Assembly: GCA_048128005.1 (NCBI GenBank)
Contig: JBEUKZ010000089.1
Coordinates: 1 to 64,000, forward strand
DNA length: 64,000 nt
Source: Veleropilina oligotropha
Lineage: Eukaryota
Direction of reading: 5' to 3'
Below, one piece after another: positions 39,476 through 51,517 of this stretch; positions within the stretch are counted from its first letter, which is position 1, and each line of letters begins with the position of its first letter. A program made the position numbers and the translations under genes. The notes under the pieces are model-generated. The model saw only the letters and a list, made by a program, of their open reading frames with translations, was not told the DNA's origin and did not search any database.

Positions 39476-41014
39476 CTATTTATTCGGTGGAAGTACGGGC
39501 TTTATGGCAAGTTTCGGTTTTTCTTTATGCGAGTGATCCAATGGCTGATCGTTTTCCATTGGATCGTCGGCAGGAAGAGGTGGCCCAGGTGGTTCAGGGC
39601 TCTCGGTCTGCCGGTGTAGTTTGGCTGCTGCCGCCCTCCCACTCTTCGTGGCCGCAGCAACAATTTCGGACGCAAGGTCCTCAATAATAGTGTCAGTATT
39701 ATCAATTTGGTCATCGGATGGTTCGTTAGTATCCATCAGGTGACCAAAGCGATTATGCAGCTTAATAGGGTCCTCGGACCCTTTGGGCTTTCTATCTGAT
39801 TTATGACCAATTAGTGTCGGCGTGGTCGTTAAACATCAAATCAAATCAAATCAAACTATCTGATTTAGTATGTTTCTTAGAGGCTGCTGCTTTAGGAACA
39901 GCAGCAGTCTCTTTTGTAGAGTTGCGAGTAGGTTTGATAACTTTGATTGATTTTGATGTTTGAGTTGATTCTGATGATGAAGATGCTAAATTGCTTCGAG
40001 ATGGCAAAGTGCTGAAAAAAGGTTCGCCAAATGGCCAGGTGATATCCGTTTGTGTCGAAGAGGATCTAGTGACTGGCTTTCGCTCCGGTGCTGCAGCAAT
40101 TGCAGCATAGGATTTACCCGAAGTGGTCCTGGATTCAACCAGTTTCCTGGCATCAGGGAAAGAGATCCGGTCGATAGTTTTGACCCTTTGGATCTCTTTC
40201 TCATGCTTCCACTTCGGGCAGTCCTTAGAGTAAGCAAAATGCTTACCCTTGCAATTGCAGCATAGTGGTGGCTTGGAGCAAGAGTCAGACTCGTGACCCT
40301 CCTCGCTACATCGAGCACATGCGGGATTCCTTCTGCATCGGTCCTTGTGATGCCCAAATGACTGGCATTTGAAGCATCTCAAGGGGTTTGGGATGTAGGG
40401 CTCTACAGGGATGATAATATAACCAGCTTTAATTGTTCTAGGTAGAACAGGAAGGCGGAAGTCCAGAATGATGGTATTGATGGGGATCTTCTTTCCATCT
40501 TTAAACATGGTCAGGCGTGTGACCTTGGTCACACCCTGGCTCTTCATGCCTTCCAGCAGTTCCTGTTCACTGCATCCCTGCAGATCCCTAGATCTAATAA
40601 CTCCCTTGGAGGTATTCAAGGACCGATGCGGTCGAATTTCAACGGGAATGTTGACAAATTTTGAAGTTCTAAGGAGATTCTCCGCATGGCTCTTCCTGGC
40701 GCATTCGACCAACAGGGTGCCATCTCGAAGTTTCTTCACTGATCGAGGTTCGCCAGCAAGACCAAGGATGGCCTTGGAGATGGCGAAGGGACTCAACGAA
40801 GTAATTGGAGTAGTTGAGTCGAGTGCCTCGATTGTCAAGAATCGTGGCCAGCTTTCCGTACAGGGGGTGGAGGGTCGGGCCTATATTCAGCCTCCCTCTC
40901 AGGATCGAATGGGATTGACCGGATAGCGGCCATATATTTCGCATCATCATCGTCAGAATCAATATAGTCTAATTTATTTTTACGCCTCTTAATTGCGTGA
41001 GTGTGGTGTGCCAT
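39476..41014 (-). pseudogene. Family-A ORF1 of the inner copy, disrupted by a frameshift and the 52-bp insert
   Basis: Homology to 42164-43639. Confidence 0.9.
39804..39855 (+). mobile_element. 52-bp tail-only family-A insertion
   Basis: 12-bp TSD CTATCTGATTTA (39792-39803 and 39856-39867); contains only the terminal hairpin and (CAAAT)n. Confidence 0.92.
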
Positions 41015-42163
41015 ATTGTGTTTTAGTGTTTCATCACCCGAGGTCCCCGCCCACCCCGGAGCCCAACAAGGGGGCATTTGACAGGTGCGGGATTCCAGCA
41101 CCCAATGCCAGGGATACCCGGGTGATATACTCAAATAAGTTAATGAATATTAGTGGTGGGAAGTGTATATCCCACCATTCATTACTCACTTGATTGACCC
41201 TTCAGCCACCGCCTTCTGGGATATAGATCAATGGGTGTTAAGTGATCTCTTATATAAAATGTTCTGATATTAATATATAATGTTTAATTTTTAAAATAAT
41301 TTATCCCAGGGCACGGCGTGACAAGCCGATTGATCAGATAGGGCCTATCTGACCTCCCGTCTAGCTGAATCCGAGGCCAAAGTAGTGTGTTGCTTCAGCC
41401 GAAGCAGAAGCTCAACTACCAGGACCCTCTTTTCCAACATCACGGGTCGCCACCCACGGCAAACAGGTGGCTCACATTTGGGGGGATCTTACCCCTCTGC
41501 AGGGAGAGCAGTCGGCATATTCTAACCCCTAACCGACTGGGGGGACATGGTAAGGTCAATGGTGGTAAGTGAGCCTGTAGGTGGATGCATGTATGTTGGC
41601 GATTTGGTTGTGTTAAATAGACACAAATTGTGTCTCCCAATAAAGTCCTCTATTTGATGTCCCCGTTTATCTGTGTCAGTACCGCCCCAATCCGTACTGT
41701 GGGCGTTAAAATCGCCACACTACAAATGGGGTCGGTAGCTGATCGATGAGATCGTCAAGGTCAGTAGGATGTATGTTTATGCTAGGTGGTAAGTATACCG
41801 AGCAAATAGTTATCACTCGGTGAATTGATATTTTCACCGCTACTGCCTGTAAGTTGGTGTTTAAGTTGACCTGGCTATGTGGTGTTCTGTTGTTGATGAT
41901 GATTGAAACCCCACCTGTAGCCTTGTCACATGTGGTGACAATGTGATTATATAGTGAGTGATCTTTAATGCGTATGTTGTCTGTGAGTTTTATGTACGTT
42001 TCATTGAGACAAAATGCTTTTGGTTTGTGGTCTTGTATAAGTAAATTGATCTCATCAATATTCGGTTTAATGCCTCTACAATTCCATTGTAGTAGTGTAC
42101 CTGTCATGTTGTGTTGTTGGTGTATTGATGTAAGTAATTCGTGTATAGTGCTTTACTATTTTA

Positions 42164-43639
42164 CTACTTGTTTGGTGGAAGTACAGGCTTTTTTGAAGGT
42201 TTTGGCTTTGCCGATGGCTGATCCAATGGTCGATCGTCATCCATTGGATCTTCGACAGCCGGTGGTGGTTGGGGTGGATCATCCACCACCTTAGTCTGTC
42301 GGTTAAGCTTTACTTTGACAGCTGCTGCTGCTGCCTTCCTACCCTGCTCTGTAGCAGCAGCAACTATGTCAGCGGCAAGGTCATTGATGATGGTGTCAGG
42401 ATCGCTTTGGTCATCTGATGGTTCGATGGTTTCCATCAGATGATCAAAGCGATTATGCAGCTTAATAGGGTCCTCGGACCCTTTGGGCTGTCTATCTGGC
42501 TTAATATTAGTTCTTCTTGAGACTGCTGCTTTAGAAACAGCAGCAGTCTCCTTTTTCGAGTTGCGAGTAGGTTTGGTCGGTTTGATGATAGGCTTTGATG
42601 TTTGGGTTGATTCTGATGATGATTTGTTTTGGGATGGTAAAGTACTGAAGAATGCTTCACCAAATGGCCAGGTAATGTCAGTTTGTGTCGAAGAGGATCG
42701 AGTGATGGGCTTCTGCTCCTTTCCTGTAACAACTGCGGCATAGGATCTACCCGAAGGAGTCCTGGATTCCACCAGTTTCCTAGCATCAGGGAAAGAGATC
42801 CGGTCGATGGTTTTGACCCGTTGGATCTCTTTCTCATGCTTCCACTTCGGGCAGTCCTTGGAGTAAGCGAAATGCTTACCCCTGCAATTGCTACATAGAG
42901 GTGGATTGGAGCAGGAGTCACTCTCATGACCCTCCTCGCTACAACGAGCACATGCGGAGTTTCTCTTGCATCGGTCCTTGTGATGCCCAAATGCTTGGCA
43001 TTTGAAGCATCTCAAGGGGTTTGGGATGTAGGGTTCAACAGGGATGATAATATAACCGGCTTTAATTGTTCTGGGCAGAACAGGAAGGTGGAAGTCTAGG
43101 ATGATGGTATTGATGGGGATCTTCTTTCCATCTTTAAACATGGTCAGGCGTGTAACCTTAGTTACACCCTGACTCATGCCTTCCAGCAGTTCCTGTTCGC
43201 TGCATCCCTGCAGATCCCTAGATCTAATAACTCCCTTGGAGCTGTTCAAGGACCGATGCGGTCTGATTTCAACTGGAATGTTAACAAATTTATCAGTTCT
43301 AATCAGATTCTCCGCATGGCTCTTTCTGGCGCATTCCACCAGTAGTGGTGTGCCATCTCGAAGTTTCTTGACAGATCGAGGTTCGCCTGCAAGGCCGAGG
43401 ATGGCCTTGGATATAGCGAACGGACTCAGTGAAGTAATTGGAGTATTGGAGTTAAGGGCCTCGATCGTCAAGAACCTTGGCCAGCTTTCCGGTACAGAAG
43501 GTGGAGGGTCAGGCTTATAAGGAGCCTCTATATCAGGATCGAATGGAATTGACCGGAAAGAGGCCATAAACTTTGCGTCATCATCATCGTCATCAGAATC
43601 AATATTTTTCCGTCGTTTAAGGGTGTAATGGTGTGCCAT
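42164..43639 (-). CDS. Family-A ORF1 protein, open 491-aa frame
   Basis: The only uninterrupted family-A ORF1 in the window; three CCHC knuckles. Confidence 0.88.
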   Translation of the reverse strand: MAHHYTLKRRKNIDSDDDDDDAKFMASFRSIPFDPDIEAPYKPDPPPSVPESWPRFLTIEALNSNTPITSLSPFAISKAILGLAGEPRSVKKLRDGTPLLVECARKSHAENLIRTDKFVNIPVEIRPHRSLNSSKGVIRSRDLQGCSEQELLEGMSQGVTKVTRLTMFKDGKKIPINTIILDFHLPVLPRTIKAGYIIIPVEPYIPNPLRCFKCQAFGHHKDRCKRNSACARCSEEGHESDSCSNPPLCSNCRGKHFAYSKDCPKWKHEKEIQRVKTIDRISFPDARKLVESRTPSGRSYAAVVTGKEQKPITRSSSTQTDITWPFGEAFFSTLPSQNKSSSESTQTSKPIIKPTKPTRNSKKETAAVSKAAVSRRTNIKPDRQPKGSEDPIKLHNRFDHLMETIEPSDDQSDPDTIINDLAADIVAAATEQGRKAAAAAVKVKLNRQTKVVDDPPQPPPAVEDPMDDDRPLDQPSAKPKPSKKPVLPPNK

Positions 43640-45222
43640 GATTTATTGTAATGTTTCGTCACCCGAGGTCCCCGCCCACCCCGGAGCCCAACAAGGGGGC
43701 ATTATATGGGTGCGGAGTTCCAGCACCCAATGCCAGGGATACCCGGGTGATATACTCAAATAAGAGAATGAATATCGGTGGTGGGAAGTGTATATCCCAC
43801 CATTCATTCCTCACTTGATTGACCCTTCAGCCACCGCCTTCTGGGATATAGATCAATGGATGGTAAGTGATCTATGATATGATGTTTTAAGATGTAACAT
43901 TTAAATGATGTTATATTAAAATGTTAAATTATCCCAGGGCACGGCGTGACAAGCCGATTGATCAGATAGGGCCTATCTGACCTCCCGTCTAGCTGAATCC
44001 GAGGCCAAAGTAGTGTGTTGCTTCAGCCGAGGCCGAAACTCAACTACCAGGATCCTCTTCTCCAACATCACGGGTCGCCACCCACGGCCAACAGGTGGCT
44101 CCCATTTGGGGGGATCTTACCCCTCTGCAGGGAGAGCAGTCGGCATATTCTAACCCCTAACCGACTGGGGGCGACTTAACTAAGTATAGAGGCAGGATGG
44201 TAGCAAAGCTGAATTGGCTCTACAAGAACAAACTAATTTCCAACTTCTGGACTTCCGACGGAAGGATTTTCTACAAACAATCCGCCACCAGCAATCCCGT
44301 CCTAGTAAGAGAAATTGAAGACATCACAAATACGTTTCCAATTGATTATTAATATCTAATTCTGGATAGTATTCATTGGCAACCATAATAAACTGTCTCA
44401 TTACAATAACAGCTAAAATTAATCGTATTATTTTATTAAGTAGAAATTCATGGGTCATCAATATAGCAATATTTTCTCACGTACTAACTGTATCCGATAT
44501 ATTACAAATGTTCATCAACGTCAAATTTAACGTACATCTATTTCTTATATATCAAATTACATGAAACATGCTTGGTAAGAACAGTCACAATGTTTTCGTT
44601 CTCAATTAACTAATGTAATATAGGGTTATGTCAATACTGTCTTTTCTCTTTCTTTCTTTTTCATATCCATAATATGATTAGTATTATTGTGATGTTTTTC
44701 ATTATCCTAGGTACATTAAATATACGTTTCATGAACATGATTAGTATTATTGTGATGTTTTTCATTATCCTATAGGTACATTAAATATACTTTTCTTGCC
44801 TGGATCTAATTTATACCATATATCACGTCTAGTGTATGTATAGTGTTCATTCATGTATGAAAAATTGTGATGTTTCTTCGTTCTTTCTTTACATAGGTAT
44901 GGGTTTACGTTCAACGATCACGCATGTACCATCATTTGTCAAATTATGTTCACCGTAAATTATACTAGTAGTTGACGTGGTCTATGCATAAATTATTCGA
45001 AACAAGACACCAATATATAAAGATAAGGATTTTGTCGAGCCCCCCTGCCACCCCCACATTAAATTATTGGAAGAATTTAATTGATCTAAATATGTATACC
45101 GAAACACATAAGGGAAAAACAGTGACCTCTATGCATTGCTCTACACAACACACACCCAATCACAACACACTTACCTCTATGTACTCGAACTACTTACGAA
45201 TCTGCCAAATTTTATCTACTAC

Positions 45223-48200
45223 ATGACAGAAAATAATCAATACAAATATACTATAAATGATATAAACCTTGATCCCACAAAAGATTTAAATGTATTATTG
45301 GACACTGATTTACCAATTAACAATGACTGCGACTATTTAGATCCTAACGACCTGCATACTTTGCAATTTCAGATCTGCACTTACGGTATTCTTCATTTAA
45401 ATATACATAGCATACCCAACAAAATAAATGACTTAAAAAATTTACTTTCTACTATCCATCAACAAGGGTATACTATTGATGTCATTCTTCTTTGTGAGAC
45501 TTTTATAAATAATTTGAACAAAAATCTGTGTCATATAGAGGGTTACAATTTGGAGGAAATTCACAGATCTAATAAGACGAGAGGCGGTGTTGCTGTATAC
45601 GTAAGAGAACACATAAAATATAAAACAAGGACTGATATAAGCATATTTCATGAAGGTGTTCTGGAGACGTGTTTTATAGAGATAGAAAACAAAAGTAATA
45701 AAAACATAATCGTTGGAGAAATGTACCGAGTGCCTGGCACTGATGAAAGACTGTTTTTGCATGAATATAGCAAAATAATATAAACTATTAATCATGAACA
45801 CAAGGAATTAATACTAGGAAGTGACCACCATCTTGACTTCTTAAAAATTAATACGCACAGCAACACTAAATCTTTTCTTGATATCACATTATCTCATGGA
45901 ATGCTGCCGTTAATTACCCGTCCTACCCGAATTACGCACCAAAGTGCAACTTTGATTGATAATATATATATTACCTCCACTCTGGCGAAATCATATGCGT
46001 CAGCTATACTTACAACACATTTATCTGATCACCTACCTTGCTTAGCATTATTATGTTGTCATGTAAAGCGAACTAAAGAATGCAAATACATTACAACAAG
46101 GAAAATAAATGACACTCAAGTTAATCAAATGAATGAAATCTTAAATAATCACGATTGGACCCCGTTACAGTACTATGTGAACCATGGTTTCAACGCATAT
46201 TATGAAGTAGTAAAAAGTACCATGGTTTCAACGCATATTATGAAGTAGTAAAAAGTACCATTGATAGTGTGGCTCCTGAAAGAGAGATTAGCATTTCACC
46301 AAAACATGTTATAATCAATGATTATATGACACCAGGGTTACTAAAGAGCTCGCTAAAGTGTGATAAACTATATAAAAGATCTATAGGACAGAACAAAGCT
46401 AGCGACGTCTACAAAAAATATATAAAATACAGAAACACATACAATAAATTAAAGCGATTATCGAAGTTCAAATATTACAATGATCGCATAAATACATTCC
46501 GAAATAATTTAAAAAAGCTATGGAATATTATAAATACAATCATAGGAAAACAAAGAAACAAGTCCGGACTGCCTGATTATATTTGTACGGAGGGTGTAAA
46601 GATGTATAATCCTTTAAATATATGCAATGAATTTTGTACATATTTCTCAACAGTTGGTCCAAACCTAGCCAAAAATATTCCATTAACACCTTCTCACTTT
46701 TCAAAATACTTAAATACCAGGCAGCAAAACACCTTTTTCTTTGCACCTACTGATTCAACAGAAATTAAAAATATAATTATAAACTTAAAAAATAAGAATA
46801 AGGGCTACGATAACATTAGTAATATCCTATTAAAAAAACTAGTTAATTCTGTAAATATACCATTGGCTGTTATATTCAACATATCAATTGAAACAGGAGT
46901 ATTCCCCCAGCTCATGAAATATGCCGAAGTAATTCCAATTCATAAAGGAAAGGAAAAATACATGATTCCCAACTATAGGCCTATATCACTTTTACCAGCC
47001 GTCTCAAAGGTCCTTGAAAAAATCACTTATAAACGAATTTATGATTTTCTTTCACTAAATGATATTCTCTATCAAAGCCAATATGGATTTCGTAAAAACC
47101 ATAGCACAGTTGATGCAATCATTCAATTTATTGGTGAAGTTAGCAAAGGTATTGAAGAGGATAAAGACACCCTTGCTATATTCTTAGACCTTTCCAAAGC
47201 ATTTGATACGATCGATCATAATATATTACTGAAAAAACTTGACTACTACGGAATACGAGGACTATCAAATAACTGGTTTAATAGCTATTTAACAGAAAGG
47301 GCTCAATGTGTTAAATCGAACGATGAGACAAATAGAAAAATTACATCGGAATATAAAGAAGTTACATGCGGAGTGCCTCAAGGTTCTGTGCTCGGCCCAC
47401 TTTTATTTCTAATATACATAAATGATCTCATCAAGTGCCTAAAATATTTAAAAATAATAAACTTTGCAGATGACACAACCGCTTATGTAAGCTGTATAAC
47501 GGTAAATAACTTACAAGAATGTGTGACTTATGATTTAAAAACATTAATTGAATGGTTTAGATCCAACAAATTATCGCTAAATATTAATAAAACAAATACA
47601 TTATTTTTAGGCACAAAAAAGCTAATAGCAGAATCGACAATTTTGAAATAAAAATTGGAGACATCACAATAAACAGGGTAAAATCAACCAAATTCTTAGG
47701 TATAATAATAGATGAAAACCTCAATTGGATAGAACACTCACACTATGTACAAAATAAGATACTCCGAAGTCTATATAGCCTACGATGTTGTAAAAATCTG
47801 CTTCCATCACGGATTAAAAGAACCTTATATTTTAGTACGGTGCATTGTCACCTTACATATGGGCTATCAGTATGGGGCCCTATGGCGAATAAATCACAAT
47901 TACGAAAATTATTTATACTGCAAAAAAAGTGTGTGCGATTAATTGCTAATGAAGCATACAATGCCCACACAAATCCTATATTTAAAAACCTTAAAATCCT
48001 AAAATTAGAAGATATGATTGATCTCGAAATAAGCAAGGTAGGTTACAAATGTTATTATAAAATTGTACCAAACCCTATACAGGCATTATTCTCAAATAAT
48101 GCAGAATATCATAACTATAACACCAGACATAGATATGACCCTACAATTCAGCGACATAAGTCGTCGATATATCATCGCAGCATTCTATGTAAATACCATA

Positions 48201-48294
48201 CACGTGGAGTAAACTGTCTCACAACCTAAAAAATCGAAAACATATAAAATCATTCACTAAAAAATACATTGAAATTAAAACTAGAAATTATTAA
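45223..48294 (+). pseudogene. CR1-group ORF2 of copy 2, disrupted
   Basis: APE and RT motifs (GVPQGSVLGP, FADDT); stop at 45781-45783, a 38-bp duplication at 46181-46256 and further frameshifts. Confidence 0.92.
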
Positions 48295-49146
48295 AGAGTA
48301 ACAGGAGGTCTCACCACGCACGCACAAACACGATTCACTTATACCAGATTCACTCACACAATTTTCCATAGACACTGCGTTAGGTCACATTATTACTCCA
48401 ATTTTTATAAGCAAAAACGTAAATATGAGTAAATAATCGATGTATGTATATATATATATTGCTTGTAAATATACCTTATATTATGAATATAGGGGCGACA
48501 GTACCTGAATAGGAACAGCCTATAATTGGCTCAACTGTCGTCCTTCCTTTTTATTAAGTTATAATTATTATCTGTAATACTATTATGTATTGTTATTACC
48601 AGCAAAAGGAAAATAAAATCTATCTATAAGCACGCACAGAACCCAGAACACTACTCGTAGCAACAAAGTTCCGCCACATACCATTATCTGCCATGGTGAA
48701 GGATGATGGCGTAGAGCTCACTATTCCCACATTCACGCATCAAACGGATGACTCATTTCTCTCCATGGTGCATGTTGCACTACGCATACGAGATGATATG
48801 CTATCAAATCCGAAGCCTGATGGAATCGAAATCAGCGAGGACAGGGCAATATATTATGTACCAGACAGTCTGTACATGTTCCTCAACATACTCCTGGGGG
48901 GCCCACAACTGTTCGAGGGCAACGTGAACAGTGAGGATGGTGACAAACATGCCTCATTCTGTCAAACCAGAATACTTAGCATTGCTCAGGATCTCGTCTA
49001 TGCTGTTAGTGGAGATAAAATTAATACTCCAAAACACATTGCAATGGGAAGTACTCTTCACCAAGCAACACGTTCGAAGGAGCTCGTTGACGTTTCATAA
49101 AGCTGGTCACGTGATGAGTTACCGTAATGTTATCAGGCTGGACACA

Positions 49147-49600
49147 ATAGACAATAGACAATAGACAAATTTATTTACACATAATTCTTAATACAACTGG
49201 TTTCATGTGTACATAACATTGTAAAAACAGAATTTGTGAGGGATACTAAAATAACCATACGGTTTCCTAGTTAGTATCCCCAATATTTTATATAATTAAT
49301 AATGTTACAGCTGAGAGTTACATAATACGAAACAATATATAAAAAGAATTGACACATAGCTTATTATGTTATATTATGGTGTTGCTTTTATAGTAATGAA
49401 ATAATTATTAGTAATTACTAATGATAGATTTTTTATATTCCTTCTTGAATTGGTAAAATGTCATCGTTTTTAGTGCTACTGATAACTCGGACCATAGCTT
49501 TGGTCCGGCGTATTTTAAAGTCTTTTTTCCAGAATTGCTTGTTACCCGTGGAAGATAATAATTATGTTGTGAACTTCTAGTGTCATGGTTGTGTGTTTGT
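49147..49600 (-). mobile_element. 5'-truncated CR1/L2-type LINE 3' fragment (third family)
   Basis: TSD GACACA (49141-49146 and 49601-49606); H.H.TR...Y.GPKLW..L C-terminus; hairpin GGGATACTAA/TTAGTATCCC; (GTCTATT)n tail. Confidence 0.85.
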
Positions 49601-51075
49601 GACACACCGCTAGCTGAAAGAACACTAAGCACCATGGATGACAATAGTGCTGTCGTGCCTCCCAACTTGGTCGAAGGACGTTTCGTTCATTTTTCCACAG
49701 ACAATGTGGACATAAACGAGGCCACTTTAGATGGAAAAGAAACATTCCATGCCACACAGGTAGCAGCATGGCAGAGAGGACCACCTAAAACTAATCTACT
49801 CGAGGGTATCAAGTTTTCCAATACATACAGGAACACTGCTCAACCCCAGTTGCTATGAACGACATAATACCAGCACCTAACCGCGGAACCACCGAAGGAC
49901 CATACAATGAGGACATAACACCTGGTTGGTGTACACAATCGATGGATGAATGCCCATCAGCGACGAGAAAGCCCATGCGACTGACATGGCATTCACAATA
50001 ACTCGATCTTCTCAGGAACCAACGCCTTCTTGGACTTCCTTCAATCAAAATGCAAGCACGGTCAATCCAGAGCCAACTTCAGTGGTATTCACCCATAATA
50101 CAGGCTCCTGCACACGACATTGATACGCTGAACACTTTCGTCAGGCGAGTGCTGCACGTAGCTCAATCAATGGAACATGAACATGTAGTTCTAATAGTGG
50201 ACGAGGGCCTATATCCTAAGTTGATGGAACTGAAGTGGTATGTTGACCAATACAAGGATATCCCAAAGAACTATTGCGCCGAGTGCCTGTGCCCAGACCA
50301 GACCCTATGTTGACGGCAGGAAGGCTGCGGTGACCGAGACTAGCGTTGTCTTCTTCCAGGTAAGAACATGTTTTACAAGTAATATGTAGTGTCTAAGGGA
50401 TAGTTTACTAGCAGACGAATGCATAATATTTCGATATTCTGATTACTGTAGCTTATTATATTGTATGTTTAGCTATGAATTATATGATTTAGATATTTTT
50501 AACATGAAAATGAAAGTCTTTCAATCAAGAGTGTACGCCAGTCTTGGCCGGTAGCGTGTTATGAGGTCATAGGATCACGCTCCATGTGCGTGGGGTTGTT
50601 CGTGTGGAAATCGTATCACGTGGTCGCGCGCTTCTGTGATATGAGCGGTTGGCTGTAGAAATATTGAGAAAGTATCATCCGGACTTGGAGATGTACTTTT
50701 ACGGTATAAATGCATGTAGACCGTGGGCCCACCATAGACCCCCCCCATCCCCCCTGGGGATTTTTCAAGATGATTATTTTCATAATCTTTGGCCATTTCC
50801 CATATCACAAGCACGTTGTCTGCAAGCTAAGCATTGAGGGGTCTTTGAACACGGCCATTGACACTAACCAGAAATATGAGCGAAATCCAACATCGACTTG
50901 CTACCCACTCCCTGATTACGTATAATATATGAGGGCATCAATCTTTAATTTTTCCGGTTATTCACTTGCCCTGCTTCGAATCGCATTTCACCTACCAGAA
51001 GCAACAGTAATAAAGGAAACAGACTTATCATGCAATGCATTACATACTTATCTTCGCCCCACTTGCCGCATTAGA

Positions 51076-51334
51076 GGAGGAGGAATTATGCTTAATGTCC
51101 TGTATGTTTATAACATCGAGGTTCAATGCAGGACATGTCCGTGTTATCGCGGGAGGAAACCCCGGTCGCCGGGTAAACCCGCCCTCTTCGGCCAGTCACG
51201 GACAACTGTGCTTCATAACTTGAACAAATGTGTGCTGCCTCAGCCGGGGGTCGATCCCACTACTGTTCGCGTCAGCGGAAACAAGCCAGTGAATTTAGAG
51301 TGGACACTCTACCCACTGCGCTACCGAAGCGGCC
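51076..51334 (-). mobile_element. tRNA-derived SINE, second copy of the 36035 family
   Basis: Near-identical reverse complement of 36035-36289. Confidence 0.92.
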
Positions 51335-51517
51335 TCGTTAGAGCAGAAAATCCGATAACGATAAAAGCGACATTTGTTCGTCCCTTGGGCCACATCTTCT
51401 AAATTGGTCTAAGTTTTTCTACAAATGAATGCAATGGACAGCACGCTGAGGGGGCGAATGTCTATGCGTTATCTAATTGGATAATATTGACTCACTACAA
51501 TAACTCTATTTAAATAA

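Larger units (their letters stand above)
35545..44172 (-). mobile_element. Composite family-A LINE block: two 5' ends (44172 and 41544) and one 3' end
   Basis: 13-bp TSD GACTTAACTAAGT at 35532-35544 and 44173-44185; (CAAAT)n tail at the left end. Confidence 0.92.
34538..48628 (+). mobile_element. Full-length CR1-group LINE, copy 2 (diverged family), with ORF1 interrupted
   Basis: ORF1 = 34731-35544 plus 44186-44352; ORF2 remnant 45223-~48290; 3' stem-loop 48491-48545; AATAAA and TCTATCTAT tail. Confidence 0.92.
33418..50330 (+). mobile_element. Decayed Academ-like DNA transposon; transposase 33724-~50313 split by two LINE insertions
   Basis: CIICQ, DLIA.D..HH..C, AQDLVY, TPKHIA.G.TLH.ATRSKELV, GH..SY, DNVD...TLDG..TFHAT, VDEGLY. 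The frame rejoins as VLRDQ|ARTEP across 34538-48628. Candidate TAG terminus at 33418. Confidence 0.6.

Noticed and set aside
50929..51402. 157-aa ORF, and the matching C-terminus of the 1090-aa ORF at 36145
   Set aside because: Both are antisense read-through of the same SINE.
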